DNA of 64,000 bases from Octopus sinensis (GCF_006345805.1 NC_043002.1:52452001-52516000), one strand, 5' to 3'; counted from the first letter of the stretch, positions 26,110 to 38,715 are shown. Numbers and translations are program-made. Notes: generated by a model from the letters alone, not told the origin.

Positions 26110-28248
26110 TACACACACATGCCTATTGGACTGTTACATAAATAGGTATTTAACTATTCAACGTAATTTGTTTCGTTGAGGCTGAGGGTTGAAGAAACAA
26201 TGAGTGGGCTTTGGAAATGTCCTACAATGTATGACCACCTGTCTGTTGCTTTGAATCTATACATTTGTGTATGTGTGGTGAATATTTAAACAAAGGAAAA
26301 ATGAGTTTTGAGGAAGGTTGTTTTAAAACAGTTTGGGTATCATCCTGGTTCAAAAGTGTGAGCTGTTCACTGATATCAGCAATCCGATAATATTATGTCA
26401 CATGTATCTGACGACTTGACAACAAGTCTTTATTTTGTAATTTACATTATTTACTGATATTCACCATCAGATGATGAAACGTACGTAAGATGATGTAACT
26501 AAATATTTTGTAACCAAAATCTCATTTTATTTAATTTTCTGCATGTATATATATTAATGAGGGATTGTAAGTGAAATTATACATAAAAACAATTTAACAT
26601 TAAACTGATTGATAACTCGGCCTGTTTTATTAGAATATATATTTATTAATTTTTGCAAGTAAAAGTTGACAATGGCTTCAAAGTTTGGATTTCCATCTTC
26701 ATCAGAGTAAAAGAAAGCGGCGCAGAGTCGGAATCAAAAACAATTACCCTGAAAGGGTACTGAAATAAATCCCCCAATGTTTTTTTTATCAGTAATACTC
26801 AAGTATATACAGACATACATATAGGCATTGACACACCCTTGCAGCAAATTTCACACACATATAACCGAAAGCATGTGTATTTCAAGTTGTAGTTCATTGT
26901 TTTGTACGAGGGTGACACAATAAGAATAACATTTATCCTAACTTTAGCAGAAGACAATAAACTGTGGGATGGAGAGGGATATTGCTGAATAAATCGACCT
27001 CCAGAAGTTGATTCCCACATGATTTAAATTAACGATGTAAAGAAACCAAACTTAACTACTAGAATAAGTTTAGTCCCAATTTCTAATGTAACCCAGTTTT
27101 TGAATGATTAACAATGGACAAATATATATTGTTGTAATTAACTCCATCCCAAGGTTAATTTTGCCATACATTCTCTAAGAGTTAGTTAAAACAGAGAACC
27201 AGTAAAGTACCGAGGTTCGCTAAAGTACAATGTTTCTTCCCCCTGTGTTGCTATTAGAAATCATTGTTTGGCAGAATCGTTAGAGCTTCAGACAAAATGT
27301 TCTGTGGTATTTACTACAGTTCTTTACATACACAGTTCATATCCCACGAAGATCAACTTTTATGTTAGCCTTACTGGATCGTTAAATTAGGCACCTGTGA
27401 AGAATAGGTGTCAAAATGTATTCGTATTTAAATTTCAAGAAGTGGGTTATAAATGAAGCAACAATTTTCGAAATAATTTCTATAGGCAAAACATTAAAAA
27501 TGTGTAGAAATCAGCTGTAGATATTCTATACAAGCAGAGCAACATGCGCCCGAAAGCTTGAAAAAGTCAGTGAAAGCCAACTACAGTTGTATGATGATGA
27601 AATTGGCTTTTAAGTCACGGAATTTCTGTTTTGCTTTTACTGTACGACATCGTGTCAAAGTGTCTTTGATCTGTTCTATTCGGCTCTACTCAAGATTTGT
27701 GAGTGAAACTGAGCTGGCAGAAAATGTGTTGAAGAACGTCCTTATATTGTACTTATTCTCGAGTTGTAGAATTAATCCCTGATTATCGCCACGACTTGAC
27801 TCTTTGGTGTCCTACTTGCTGACTCCGCTCTGTTGCAAGCAGTCATACCAAATCTCCGATCTGATTACAACACTGCAATTCTACTGTAACAAGCAATGTG
27901 TCCTTGTTTCTACCTTCCCTCTAGCAAACTTAGAGGAGTTGCAAATAGCTAGGGATGCTGCTGTTCTCTTATTCAGCCGGAATAAAAATATAAAACCAAA
28001 ATAATACATGTATAATAGTAAAGAAGACAGAAAATTTGTAACATGTACATACATGCCCGAATTGGAATTTTTTTCGTGGTATGAAATGTTGGGACATAGC
28101 AGCAGATAGTTTTCACACCATTCTGCATATAGTCATTGACAGCGATTTAGCTTGCGTCTGGCCTCGTTTCGGCTACGTGGTATTGTCAAGCCACAAAAAT
28201 GACGAAACATCGAAGTCTATGGCATCAGATGCGAATTATGTCGCTTGT

Positions 28249-28406
28249 CTATGACTTGTAGGTGTTTTAACACCAGCAAATTGATCAGAATATATGCTTT
28301 TATGCCTATGAACGCAGCCTATCCACGAAATAGCAAACCACATATCTTGTGTATGTGTGTTCGATACCATTTATATCCCTCGAGCTAATTGTAATTCATA
28401 TTTGAA
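28249..28406 (+). repeat. low-copy paralogous segment, copy 2
   Basis: see 18313-18476; differs by substitutions and single-base indels. Confidence 0.75.
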
Positions 28407-30706
28407 TATACACTGGTGAACTTCAAAGTTTCAAAGCATCTTGTTCAGCTGGCGAAACGTATTTATCGCTCTCTCATATCGATAAAACAAATATTTCTAT
28501 ATTTGTTCGTAACCTTTCATATATTTTATTCACTTTTCTGTTATTACGATGTGATTTGCCTTTGGTGTTCAACTAACGTGTATCAAAGACAGAAGAAAGC
28601 TAACACCTTATCTCTGAAGACATCTGTATCACTGATTACTTCATATACATATGCGCACTAGAACGTCACGCGCACACGAGCACCGCGAACAAACAATTGC
28701 ATTAGAACTCATACACAAATTGACTCATATATACAAACACATATATAAATATTTATGAATTAGTTCTTAGTTTTATTTATGATGTTAATCTCATATTCGT
28801 ACCTTAAAACAAAGACATTTTAAAGTATTTAAACATTTATAAATATTCATAAATATGAATATAAATATTAATACTTATAATAGGTTTACAAGATAACTCA
28901 TGTAGAGAGATATCCTTGTATAACTGTTGTGCTATTCACACTGAGCTAGTTTCTGATTATAATCATTTGCAAATATTTCTGTTTGACTAAGCACAAGCAA
29001 AATTCTGTGATTTATGTTATACAAATTGGTATGTTATGATATTCATACGTTTCTTAGGTGCAAAATAAACGAACTACTTTTCAAACGAGGCTTGAAATCA
29101 CATAAGGAGTCATCTTATAGGGAGCTTAACTCTCTGTTTCAAGGTGTTATATTGAATTGTGCTGATTTTAGTTTGTCTGTAAATTCGATGCTGACCAATC
29201 ATGTCGGCCAAATCTGAATCATCACGTTTCCAGATCCAATATAACCTGGGCTACAATATGCATTGTGTCCTACCCTCTTCGTTTAGCCTCTACATATGCT
29301 ACGGTTTTCTTATTGTCGCTGATTTCATTATACTTTATTAAGACGGTATGGTATGATTTGAGGGAATTTAGTTGCTATTTCTGGCGGATCGTGTTACCAC
29401 ATAAGTTCCAAGTCGTTATCTGGTGAATGAGCTTGTGTTCATAGAGAATAAGATTCATATTGCTAACCAGGCAAAAGATGAAATAGTCTGTTCTGTTGTT
29501 ATCAGAACGTTGATTTATATGAGAAGCCAGCCTGTGTCACTGACTCATCCGTTTCTCTCACAAAAATCCATATAGAATAGAACAGAACTTTTCCGTAGTG
29601 TTAGTCTATAACACACCCCTGCTTTCTCGTCGCAAGAGAATTGAACTCACTTCGTAAAAATCAAAATCCAGTTTTCCATATCTGTTACTGTTTCCCTTAC
29701 TTCTTACCATCTTTCTCGATTGTTTCGTTCACATATGTTCTCAGTTTGAAGTTTTCTTGCGTTTACTTTACCGCTTACATCTCACGTGCAGATGAATTGA
29801 CTAACAACACCGGTTTTGAATTTAATGACCATAAACCTACTCTACAAAACAGAGGTCACTGCTTTTGTCAGAAAGCAATGTCAAAACATCAAAACGTACT
29901 GTAATCTCCTACGTCAGTTGCTGGTTTATCACTGAAGTATGAGCAGTAGACATTTTCTGTTCTCGAATCAATACTTTATGCAGCTGCAGACACTGACACC
30001 TTTTGAAGAGCGGTTGACGGTAGAAGGAGATATGAGAACGGAGAAGAAAGAAAGCGATTTCAAAATAATAATCATACATTTCTGTGATATCGCAATTTGT
30101 TATATTTTTACTTGGATTATACTTCAAATTCTCGTGGTTGTATTGGGTTTCAATATTTGAAGTTATACTTTGTGGCTTTTGTTTTGCATATGTTTCTTTC
30201 GAAATGTATATTCTGTTTCGCGTAAGTATGTATGTATGTATGTATGTATGTATGTATGTATGTATGTATGTATGTATGTATGTATGTATGTATGTATGTA
30301 CGTATACGACTATACCTGTATGTGTGTATTTACACAAGTAAGTGTGTACATATACGTATGAATATATGTCGTAATGTGTATTCGAAAATGACATATGTAT
30401 ATATATATATATATATATATAATGTTTAATAATAATTGAAGATTCATAATTTTATGTGCAAAGTTATGCACACACAAGCACAGACGCACACACATTCATA
30501 CGCACGCGCGCACACTCACACACACATATCACTCTATACCGTATCTGCGCGTATATGCCATACACCAAAGTGAATAATACCGTATCGAAAATCTATAAAA
30601 TTAATACAAAGCCTTTTTCATATCAAATATACGCACAGCTATATGATATCAGCTAATTATATTAAATTGTGAAAATTGATTTCAGTAAAAATCCTTGTGC
30701 TTGCAG

Positions 30707-30774
30707 TTTATCGATGGAACCCAAAGTATAGAATGAGAGAATTCTGTTGGAGAGACGCGAAGTGTCTCGGCTGA
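30707..30774 (+). CDS. candidate terminal exon (x)YRWNPKYRMREFCWRDAKCLG* (unverified)
   Basis: acceptor TGTGCTTGCAG; phase-1 frame open to a tandem TGA TAG stop; C-x5-C plus terminal Gly. Confidence 0.25.
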
Positions 30775-30844
30775 TAGCTTACTGTGCAGGGATCCAATAT
30801 TCCAATAACGAATGGGAACAGGGTGCATTGGATAATTTCCAAAA

Positions 30845-30899
30845 ATGTAATAATAATAATAATATAATAATAATAATAACAACAACAACAACAACAACA

Positions 30900-30930
<31 letters not shown>

Positions 30931-31117
30931 TGAAAATAATAATAATAATAATGATGATGATGATGATGATAATAATAATAATAATAATAACAATAATAAT
31001 AATAATAATAGTAATAATAATAATAATAATAATAAAATTAATAATAATAATCATGATGATGATAATAATAATACTAATGATAATAATAATAATAATAATA
31101 ATATAATAATAATAATA

Positions 31118-31149
<32 letters not shown>

Positions 31150-31190
31150 GTAATAATAATGATAAAACGAAGAGTATGAATAAGAATAAG
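30845..31190. repeat. ~350 bp compound (AAT)n/(GAT)n/(AAC)n microsatellite
   Basis: direct reading. Confidence 0.95.
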
Positions 31191-31984
31191 AATAATGCAT
31201 GTTCTGTTGCGAGTTACTTATTTCAGCTATTGAGCAATGCATAATGATTTACATATAGGAATGAAACCTGTGATTTCGCGTTTCCAAGTGATTTCTCGTG
31301 TAGGAGGGGTTATAGATATATGGGAAGAAGAAGAGGGTGATATAGTATGTAGTAGGCGCGGGGGGGGGGGTAATTTCTCTCTAAGACTATGTTTATATCA
31401 TTAAGAATAATATAGTGCTAGATTGGCAGAATCAGTAGATCAGCTGAAAGACACAATACTTTGCAGCATTGTGTTAGTTCTTTTGTGTGTTACGTATTAT
31501 TGCCCCCGAATCGTGTTTCTCTTTCATCTTCTTAGAATCAATACAGGTAAATAGCAATAATTATACTTGTAGTTTAATTAATCCCAGATCAATCCTGATC
31601 ATGTAGACTTATAATCAAAGACCCATCTTTTTTTTTTATATCGTAAGTGCAGAAAAATCAAATCCCCAACGTATCGTTTACTAAAACGCTGGTGTGTGTT
31701 TTGCGGGAATTTACCTTTTACTCCAGTGTAAATAAAGTGGTAGCCATGGTTGTTGTAACTGTCGTTTAACCCCTGGTCAATTCTGATTGAGCAGACTTAT
31801 AATCAAATGTGTTGTTTCAGCTGTAAACATCTTACTTTTCCATACCATTTATGCAGAGACATCAACACCACATTGTCTAACGTATCGATTCCTAAAATTA
31901 GTAGGCTGTGATCTGAAGGAGATTTAGCTAGGACATAATGTTACTAGGAATGTTCTCGAGTTGGTTTAATAAAGAATCAGTAAA

Positions 31985-32450
31985 GTTTCGGATACTGTCT
32001 CCACAAAGATTGTTCTGGTCTCTAAATCCAGGTGCTTTCTGAATAAAACCGCAGTCTCCCCATCACTTCTATGCAGATACATAGATTTCGTAGCCATCGA
32101 AGAGGAGAGGAAGCCTGGTTTCGCTGGTGATTATCATATCTAGGTTCCGTGCCCTGAGATATTTTAGCAAGCGTGCTTGCTTTTAATACGATCCCAGACC
32201 ACGCACATTTACGCTGCCAAGCTTGAGTGAGCCCATGTGAGAAGAAGGAAGAAAAGTTTACTTCCTTTTAATCTTCTGGTATGGCTGTAGGTAAAACCGC
32301 CCTTTCCATTGCGGCTTTTGGGGCATCATTAATTAAATTAAGGTACATATGCTCTGTGAAAGCCAACTGAAGGAATCCAGCATCGTCAAGAAATTTCTCT
32401 TTTAATTCAGTGTATGAATGATTGTCAATGTAGATGAACTGGATGTGGTT
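31985..32450 (-). mobile_element. L1/Tx1-type LINE fragment (start of ORF2, AP endonuclease N-terminus)
   Basis: from ATG at 32236: MGSLKLGSVNVRGLGSY*KQARLLKYLRARNLDMIITSETRL...DGYEIYVS, then in another frame TAVLFRK. Confidence 0.75.
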
Positions 32451-33167
32451 GAGTATTTAGGGATGTGAGGTAGGAGTTTTGAATGGAGTGATGAGGGGAT
32501 TCTTGCGCGTGTATTCAACTAGTGATATGTTGATGGTATTGATGGTTGTGAGGTTGATGGCAGTGTTTGGGGATAGTGGTGCTGACGAATAGGATTCTTG
32601 TGTAAGAGTGTGGGGTTTGCGTGAAGGAGGATGTCTATATGTGGTGTGGAGAGTTTTGGCGAAAGTGTTTTTTCGTAGCGACTCCCCTCCAATCAAGGTC
32701 GATCGCGTCTCTGCTGTAGTTGGTCTTTACTGCAGGGGCTAAGCCTGTTGTGCTTTTTGTGGTCTCGAGTTTGTGAGGCATGACCTTTCGAGGTTGAAGT
32801 TTCATACTGTGTATGATCGTTAGGTGTAGGAGGACCCATTGCTGATGGTTTCTGTAGGCATGGAGCCCTGATATGGCCCTTCAACCCACATTTGTAGCCT
32901 CGGGTCTACGTCCCTCCACAATGACGCGTAGTGCTGTTTCATCAGATAATTTAATCAGGTCCGGTATGTATTCCAGTTCCAGTTAGGTTGTCTGGATTAG
33001 GATTTCCAGGCCTCAGCCCCACCAGTTTTGTTGATGAAGCTTGGTAACTTGCAGAATATATATAGATATGTCGAAACAATTGTCGTGATTAATAAATAAA
33101 TTCTCGAATATTCCATCTTCCGTCTTTCATTTGCCATAATTTGCTATGTATATATATATATTTGTTG

Positions 33168-33208
33168 AGTTCTATGGGACACCTTTTCATAAATACACAT
33201 CACACACG

Positions 33209-33248
<40 letters not shown>

Positions 33249-33289
33249 CGTGTGTGATGTGAATTTATGAAAAGGTATCCGATAGAACT
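33168..33289. repeat. 122-bp near-perfect palindrome centred on (TA)n
   Basis: 42-bp arms 33168-33209 and 33248-33289 (3 mismatches) flank a self-complementary TA tract. Confidence 0.9.
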
Positions 33290-33348
33290 AAAAATTTTAT
33301 TAAAAATGGAGAATAGTATATGTTAAAATTTGAAAGAATTTTAATATA

Positions 33349-33459
33349 TGCATACGATCGTTTCATACAGTGATATTAAAACATGCAAATTCATGGTAGA
33401 ATAATTTAATTAATTTGATTAAATTAAACTAATTATATATCACTGTTTTCCTCAGTGCA
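33349..33459 (-). ncRNA. type I hammerhead ribozyme, Penelope/retrozyme-like minimal form
   Basis: TGCA-CTGAGGA-AAACAGTGATAT...ATATCACTGTAT-GAAA-C-GATC-GTA-TGCA: intact core, 4-bp stem I, 12-bp stem II (1 mismatch), palindromic stem III, GUA cleavage triplet. Confidence 0.75.
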
Positions 33460-33631
33460 AGACATATTTTCAAATAACTGTTAGTTGCCTTAGCTTTAGT
33501 TTTTACATAAATAGGCTCAAATATTTTATTCTGTTGCTCGTAATTTTCATAAATGTAAATATGTATATCCCAAATTATTCTCTGTTATTTCCTGTATCAA
33601 GTCCTCTATAATAATTTTCTGCTTATATTTC

Positions 33632-33704
33632 TTGCACTGAGGAGAAATTATTCTATCATGAATTTGCATGTTTTAATATTACTGTTTGAAACGATCGCTT
33701 GCAA
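33632..33704 (+). ncRNA. sibling hammerhead copy, damaged
   Basis: TTGCA-CTGAGGA...ACTGTTT-GAAA-C-GATC-GCT-TGCAA; stem II 5' arm deleted and U16.1 changed to C. Confidence 0.65.
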
Positions 33705-34350
33705 TATTAAAATTATTTCTAATTCTAACATCTCGTCTCCATTTTTAACAAATCTCTTGAGTTCTATGGGATTCCTTTCCATAATTTCACATAACACACC
33801 ATATACGAGTATTACTTTCATATTCGTGAACTTACGCCAGTAGACTACCAGCAAAATATAAAGAATCTTTATTAGAAATCGTTTTTTGGAAACCTCCAAA
33901 ATAAAAGGACGAAATATAATTCAACATACACGTACACACACACACACACATGAATGTTCATGCATGTGTTTGTGCAGTTCCATAGACTGTTTGACTACTA
34001 GTGCTGGTTTGTTTACGTCTTTGTAACTCTCAGAGGTTAGGCAAAAACCACCGATAGTGTAGGTACAAAACTTAAGAAATAACAAGAACTGGGGGCGGTT
34101 TGTTCGACTTAAGCATTCAGGGTGGTGCCACAACAAGCCGTATTCCAATGACTGAAGAAGTAAATAAAAGATAAACTTGGAAGAATCCCCCAGGAGATGT
34201 GAGTTCTTGTATTTCATGCAGGAACTCGTTATTTTATTCAAGAAGGGCCCTAACTAGAATCATTGCAACACATCCTTCTTGGCAGAGCTTATTTTACAAC
34301 TTTCTCACATGTCCTTTCTTGTGTGATTTAAGAAAGATGACAGACAAAAA

Positions 34351-34509
34351 CTATACAAAATTGAATCCTGTTGGATGGACTCCACCTGCCCTTGGTTGGT
34401 AGAATTTATTGAGATTCCTTTTAACTCCATCAGCAACCCTTGAATGCATTTTTCCGGTGTTCAGATTGTGTTCGAAATATGAACTAGGGCTCGAATTTCT
34501 CAATTCTCC
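34351..34509 (-). CDS. candidate terminal exon of a small peptide precursor (GELRN...GVKRNLNKFYQPRAGGVHPTGFNFV*)
   Basis: acceptor TTCTGTTTGTTACAG; only phase 0 is long and open (52 codons); dibasic KR; AATAAA at 34233-34238. Confidence 0.35.
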   Translation of the reverse strand, partial: GELRNSSPSSYFEHNLNTGKMHSRVADGVKRNLNKFYQPRAGGVHPTGFNFV

Positions 34510-35318
34510 CTGTAACAAACAGAAGATATTGTCACTGCTTTTGATCGTCTGAATAAGTCAAAACTTACAATAAAAGAAATAAAAATCTGAATCAGAGGAG
34601 AGTCGAAAAAAATCAAAATTTGTTCGTTCAAGTATCCATGGTACTTCTAATCAATCCAGTTTCAGAGACCAGTAGAGCAAAACAACAATTGTCCAACCAA
34701 AGATTAAATATCCATTAAAGGATTATCAATCGTCCTATGACAGCTCTTATTTGAAAATCGACAACGACTTCGCATTCAAATGTCAGCTATTACAGGAAAC
34801 TCTTGCAACTATTAGATATTGTACAGTCGAATGAAATGTACAATCATTTTCCAATTAAATGTCAGTTATAGGGTTTCAGTGAACGGAGAAAAAAAATCTG
34901 GTAAAACTCAGTTGTCGTTAGTTTGGTGTTAACAGTACCATTAATTGAGATAAAACTAATGCCGGAATATCATTTTGTATATCTTACGATTAGTGCTTTC
35001 GCTCCCAATTACGAAAACCTGATGCCAGTTCTAGTTTTAGTTTAGTGATAGCTGTGTTACTAATGGTGATGCAGGACTAGGGAAATTTTTACAGTAATAC
35101 TACAAATGTTACAAATGATGTTACGTTGATGATCGTCATAATACTTATAATTATGTTGTCGATGATAACAATATTAAATGATGGTATCGAAGATGATGCA
35201 ATACTCAGTATAATAAGCATCATTATTATGTTGGTAATCGTATTTGTAGTGAGTTAAAAGTACTGGTCTACTCATAAAACTACTGTTACTGTTCCAAAAT
35301 TTGAAGCCTTTGATGTTG

Positions 35319-35365
<47 letters not shown>

Positions 35366-35375
35366 GTTATTATTA

Positions 35376-36713
35376 TTCAGTAGTCTTATTTTCATCACGT
35401 GCTTTCAGTGCAGTACAGAGCGCAGCTTTGTGTGGCTTGGGTATGTGCTGTGGTTTGTTGTGATGCTCTTATTTTTACTGTGTTGAGAGTGCCTTACGTA
35501 GGATGTGTGAGGCGCCTCGTAGTGCTATTTTCGCTATGTTATATGTACTTGTTAGTCCTTCTGTTTTGTTATGCATTTGAATATTTTTTATCATACCTAA
35601 TGCGCCTACTGTGATAGGAATTGTTTCTGTTACCTCTACTTCCAGATCTTTGTATTTTGAATGTTTCTCCGTTTCTTTTAGAGAAACACTGTCATTCTTG
35701 GTATTGATACATCAATTAGAACGCATTTTGTTCTTGGTGATTTTTGACAACTACATCCAGCCTATTGGCCTTAATTTCTCTATCTGTGTGTACTGGCATA
35801 TCTCAGAGTATGGTTGCTTTCACATTTTCTATGACCTTTTCTGGCGTGTGCCTATCACATCTTTTTTCTGTTGCTATTCCATAGTCTTGGCATAGTTTCC
35901 AGTGTGTATAGGTCCCAACTCTGTCGTGTCTGCGAATATATTCCTTCTTTGCCAGGAATGGGCAGTCTGAGAGAATATGATTTATTGTGTCTTGCGCATC
36001 TCTATATATTCTGTAGTTACTTGTATGTTTTTCATTAAATGTTTTTGGATAATTTCTGGTGGGAAGGCTTTGATTTTGTGCTGCAATTACAAATCCTTCA
36101 GTCTCTGCTTTGAGTCCTGAGCTTCTCAGTCATTGCTGTAATTTTGCTTTGTCTATTTCTTTCGCGTTTAGTTTAACCTAGTATTTGCCATGAAGGGGCT
36201 TTTCTTGACATCGTTTAATCATGATACATTGCTGCTCCAGTTTTAGTTTGGATTTCAGTTGTTTTACAGCTTTCGTCGTTTCTTATTTTTCTTTATTGTT
36301 GTTAGGTGCTACGACTCCTTTTATGTATTTGTAATCTTCGTTAAAGACTGAAAATAGTTTTTTGTTTTGTTAGTGTTTTGTGGCTATTGGTACTAGTTTT
36401 CCTTGCTTCTGAAGTAGGTATTTCTGTAGTCTTATGTTGTTTATTTTGTAATAGTTTTCTAGCTGTATAAGGTCTCAAACACCTTCGATATGTTGTATAT
36501 ATAACCTTTCTATGTCAGATTTTGGGTTGTGCATCCTAAATCCTGTCATTAATTTTCTTATTTTCCTGTCTAATTTGATTAGTTCATTTAGAGTCCAGTT
36601 AAGAATTTTGTAGTTGTAACTTATAACTGGGACGGATAGACTGTTGATACCTGTTATCTTGTTATTCGCGTCGAGCTCTGCATTGCCCGGGAGTGTACAA
36701 TCAGTTCCAATCA
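35376..36713 (-). mobile_element. 5'-truncated R4/Dong-like RLE LINE, older copy
   Basis: ELDANNKITGINSLSVPVISY...LDRKIRKLMTGFRMHNPKSDIERLY; decayed CCHC/RLE region; (TTA)n on both sides. Confidence 0.85.
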
Positions 36714-36714
36714 A

Positions 36715-36748
<34 letters not shown>

Positions 36749-36765
36749 TATTATTATTATTATTA

Positions 36766-36798
<33 letters not shown>

Positions 36799-36805
36799 CA
36801 TTATT

Positions 36806-36849
<44 letters not shown>

Positions 36850-36911
36850 TATTATTATTATTATTATTATTATATTATTATTATTATATTATTATTATAT
36901 TATTATTATTA

Positions 36912-37445
36912 TTCAGTAGTTTTATTTTTATAGCGTGCTTTCACTTCACTACCGAGCGCAGCTCTGTGTGCCTTGGGTATGTGCTGTGATTTGTTGTGAT
37001 GCTCTGATGGTTATTGTATGGAAAGTGTTCTGCGTAGGATGTGTGCAGTGCCTAGTAGTGCAATTTTCTGTATGTTATATGTGTTTGTAAGTCCTGGTGT
37101 TTTTGTTATGTATTTGTCTGAATATTTTTTTTTTATTTATTTTTTTTTTATCATGCCTAATGCACCTACTATGATAGGAATTGTTTCTGTTTTCAGGTTC
37201 CACATTCTAGTTACCTCTATTTCCAGGTCTTTTGTATTTTGAGAGTTTCTCCATTTCTTTTAGAGACACGTTGTCATCTGCCGGTATTGATACATCAATT
37301 AGAATGCATTTTTTTTCTTCATGATCTCTGACAACTATATCTGGTCTGTTGGCCTTAATTTCTCTATCTGTGTGTATCGGCATATCCCAGAGTATGGTTG
37401 CTTTCTCGTTTTCTGTGACCTTTTCTGGTGTGTGCCTATACCATC
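36912..37445 (-). mobile_element. short 3' fragment of an R4/Dong-like LINE, same subfamily as 5938-6643
   Basis: antisense ORFs almost identical to those of the 5938 copy; (TTA)n on both sides. Confidence 0.9.
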
Positions 37446-37542
<97 letters not shown>

Positions 37543-37543
<1 letters not shown>

Positions 37544-38715
37544 TATGGTCTTTGCAGAGCGTCTAACGCTGGAGATGTACTTTGATGTCAGCTGTTCACT
37601 ACCAGTGAACTAATGTAACAGCCCTTATTTTTTGAGTACCACCGGCAGTAGTCGAGCGGTTCTAAGCACTGCTGATTTTTGCAAGTTCTCCACCCTTATT
37701 GCAACCCCCATTTATTCCATGTACTTCTCATGATTTTTACTCACTGTTCCCAGGGCCTCATCAATTATTAGAATTGCTACCAACTATTTCGCCGACCACA
37801 ATTGCTTAACCCCCCAAGCCTACCTGTTATATATATAGACTTTTCTCTCTTCATTATCGCATATCTTGTTGACATCTGGGCATGCTATATCTATGACCCA
37901 GCATCTTTTGCTTTCTTTCTCAATTTAGACTATGTCTGGTTTCATATTCTCTATCTCATGGTCGCACTGAATCATAAAATCCTATAGGAACTTTGCATTA
38001 TCATTTTCGATGATGCCTTCGGGTTTATGTTCTTACGACCCCCTTGCTCTGTCAAGTCCATACTTGTTGCAAAGTGTCCAATGGACAATCTTTGCTATAT
38101 TGTCGTGACGTCTCTTATATTCTTTCTGGGCTAGTGGCGTACATTGACTGGTATGACATACGGCTTCAACATTTTGTTCACAGATTCTGCACTTTTCACT
38201 TTCTGATATATTTTCTATTCTGTATTTGATTTAATTCGTTCTTAATGCTTGCTCTCGGGCAGCACAGATTAGAGCCTCCTTTTCCGGCTTTAAATCACTT
38301 TTAGTCATCCATAGCCATCTTTTTTCTCTGTCTGTCTTATTTTCAACATCCCTATGAAATTGTCCATGCATTCTTTTCTATATCCCCCTATTTTCAGTTT
38401 CAGTCATTCTCAAGTCCTTGTACATTGCTTTATATTTGTAATCTTCAATCCTACACAAGCCTTCCAATAATAGTGGTTCTGTGGCATTTTTTAAAATACC
38501 ATGCTATGTTGTTTTCTTCTACTCTAATGCTCTGTTTGCAACCAATCAGTCCTCTTCCCCTCCTTTTCTTCTTCTTATTATTCTTCTAAATATTATTCTT
38601 ACAATTTCAACTTTTAATGGATTGTATTTTTTTGTTTTTCGTCTTCTTTCTTTGCGATCCTGGAGGCAAACGGACAAAATGTATCAATTAGCAGGCAACT
38701 TCACTTTTCTGCTTT
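37543..38715 (-). mobile_element. R4/Dong-like RLE LINE fragment of a second family
   Basis: decayed GGRGLIGC, WMTKSDLKPET.ALICAA.EQALRTN, CRIC...LAQKEYKRRHD and LQKSAVLRTAR motifs; different 3' UTR running into (TAA)n. Confidence 0.75.

Noticed and set aside
26405-26490. CTGACGA...GAAACGTACGTA hammerhead-like pieces
   Set aside because: Stem II does not close next to the core and stem I is out of register; too decayed to call.
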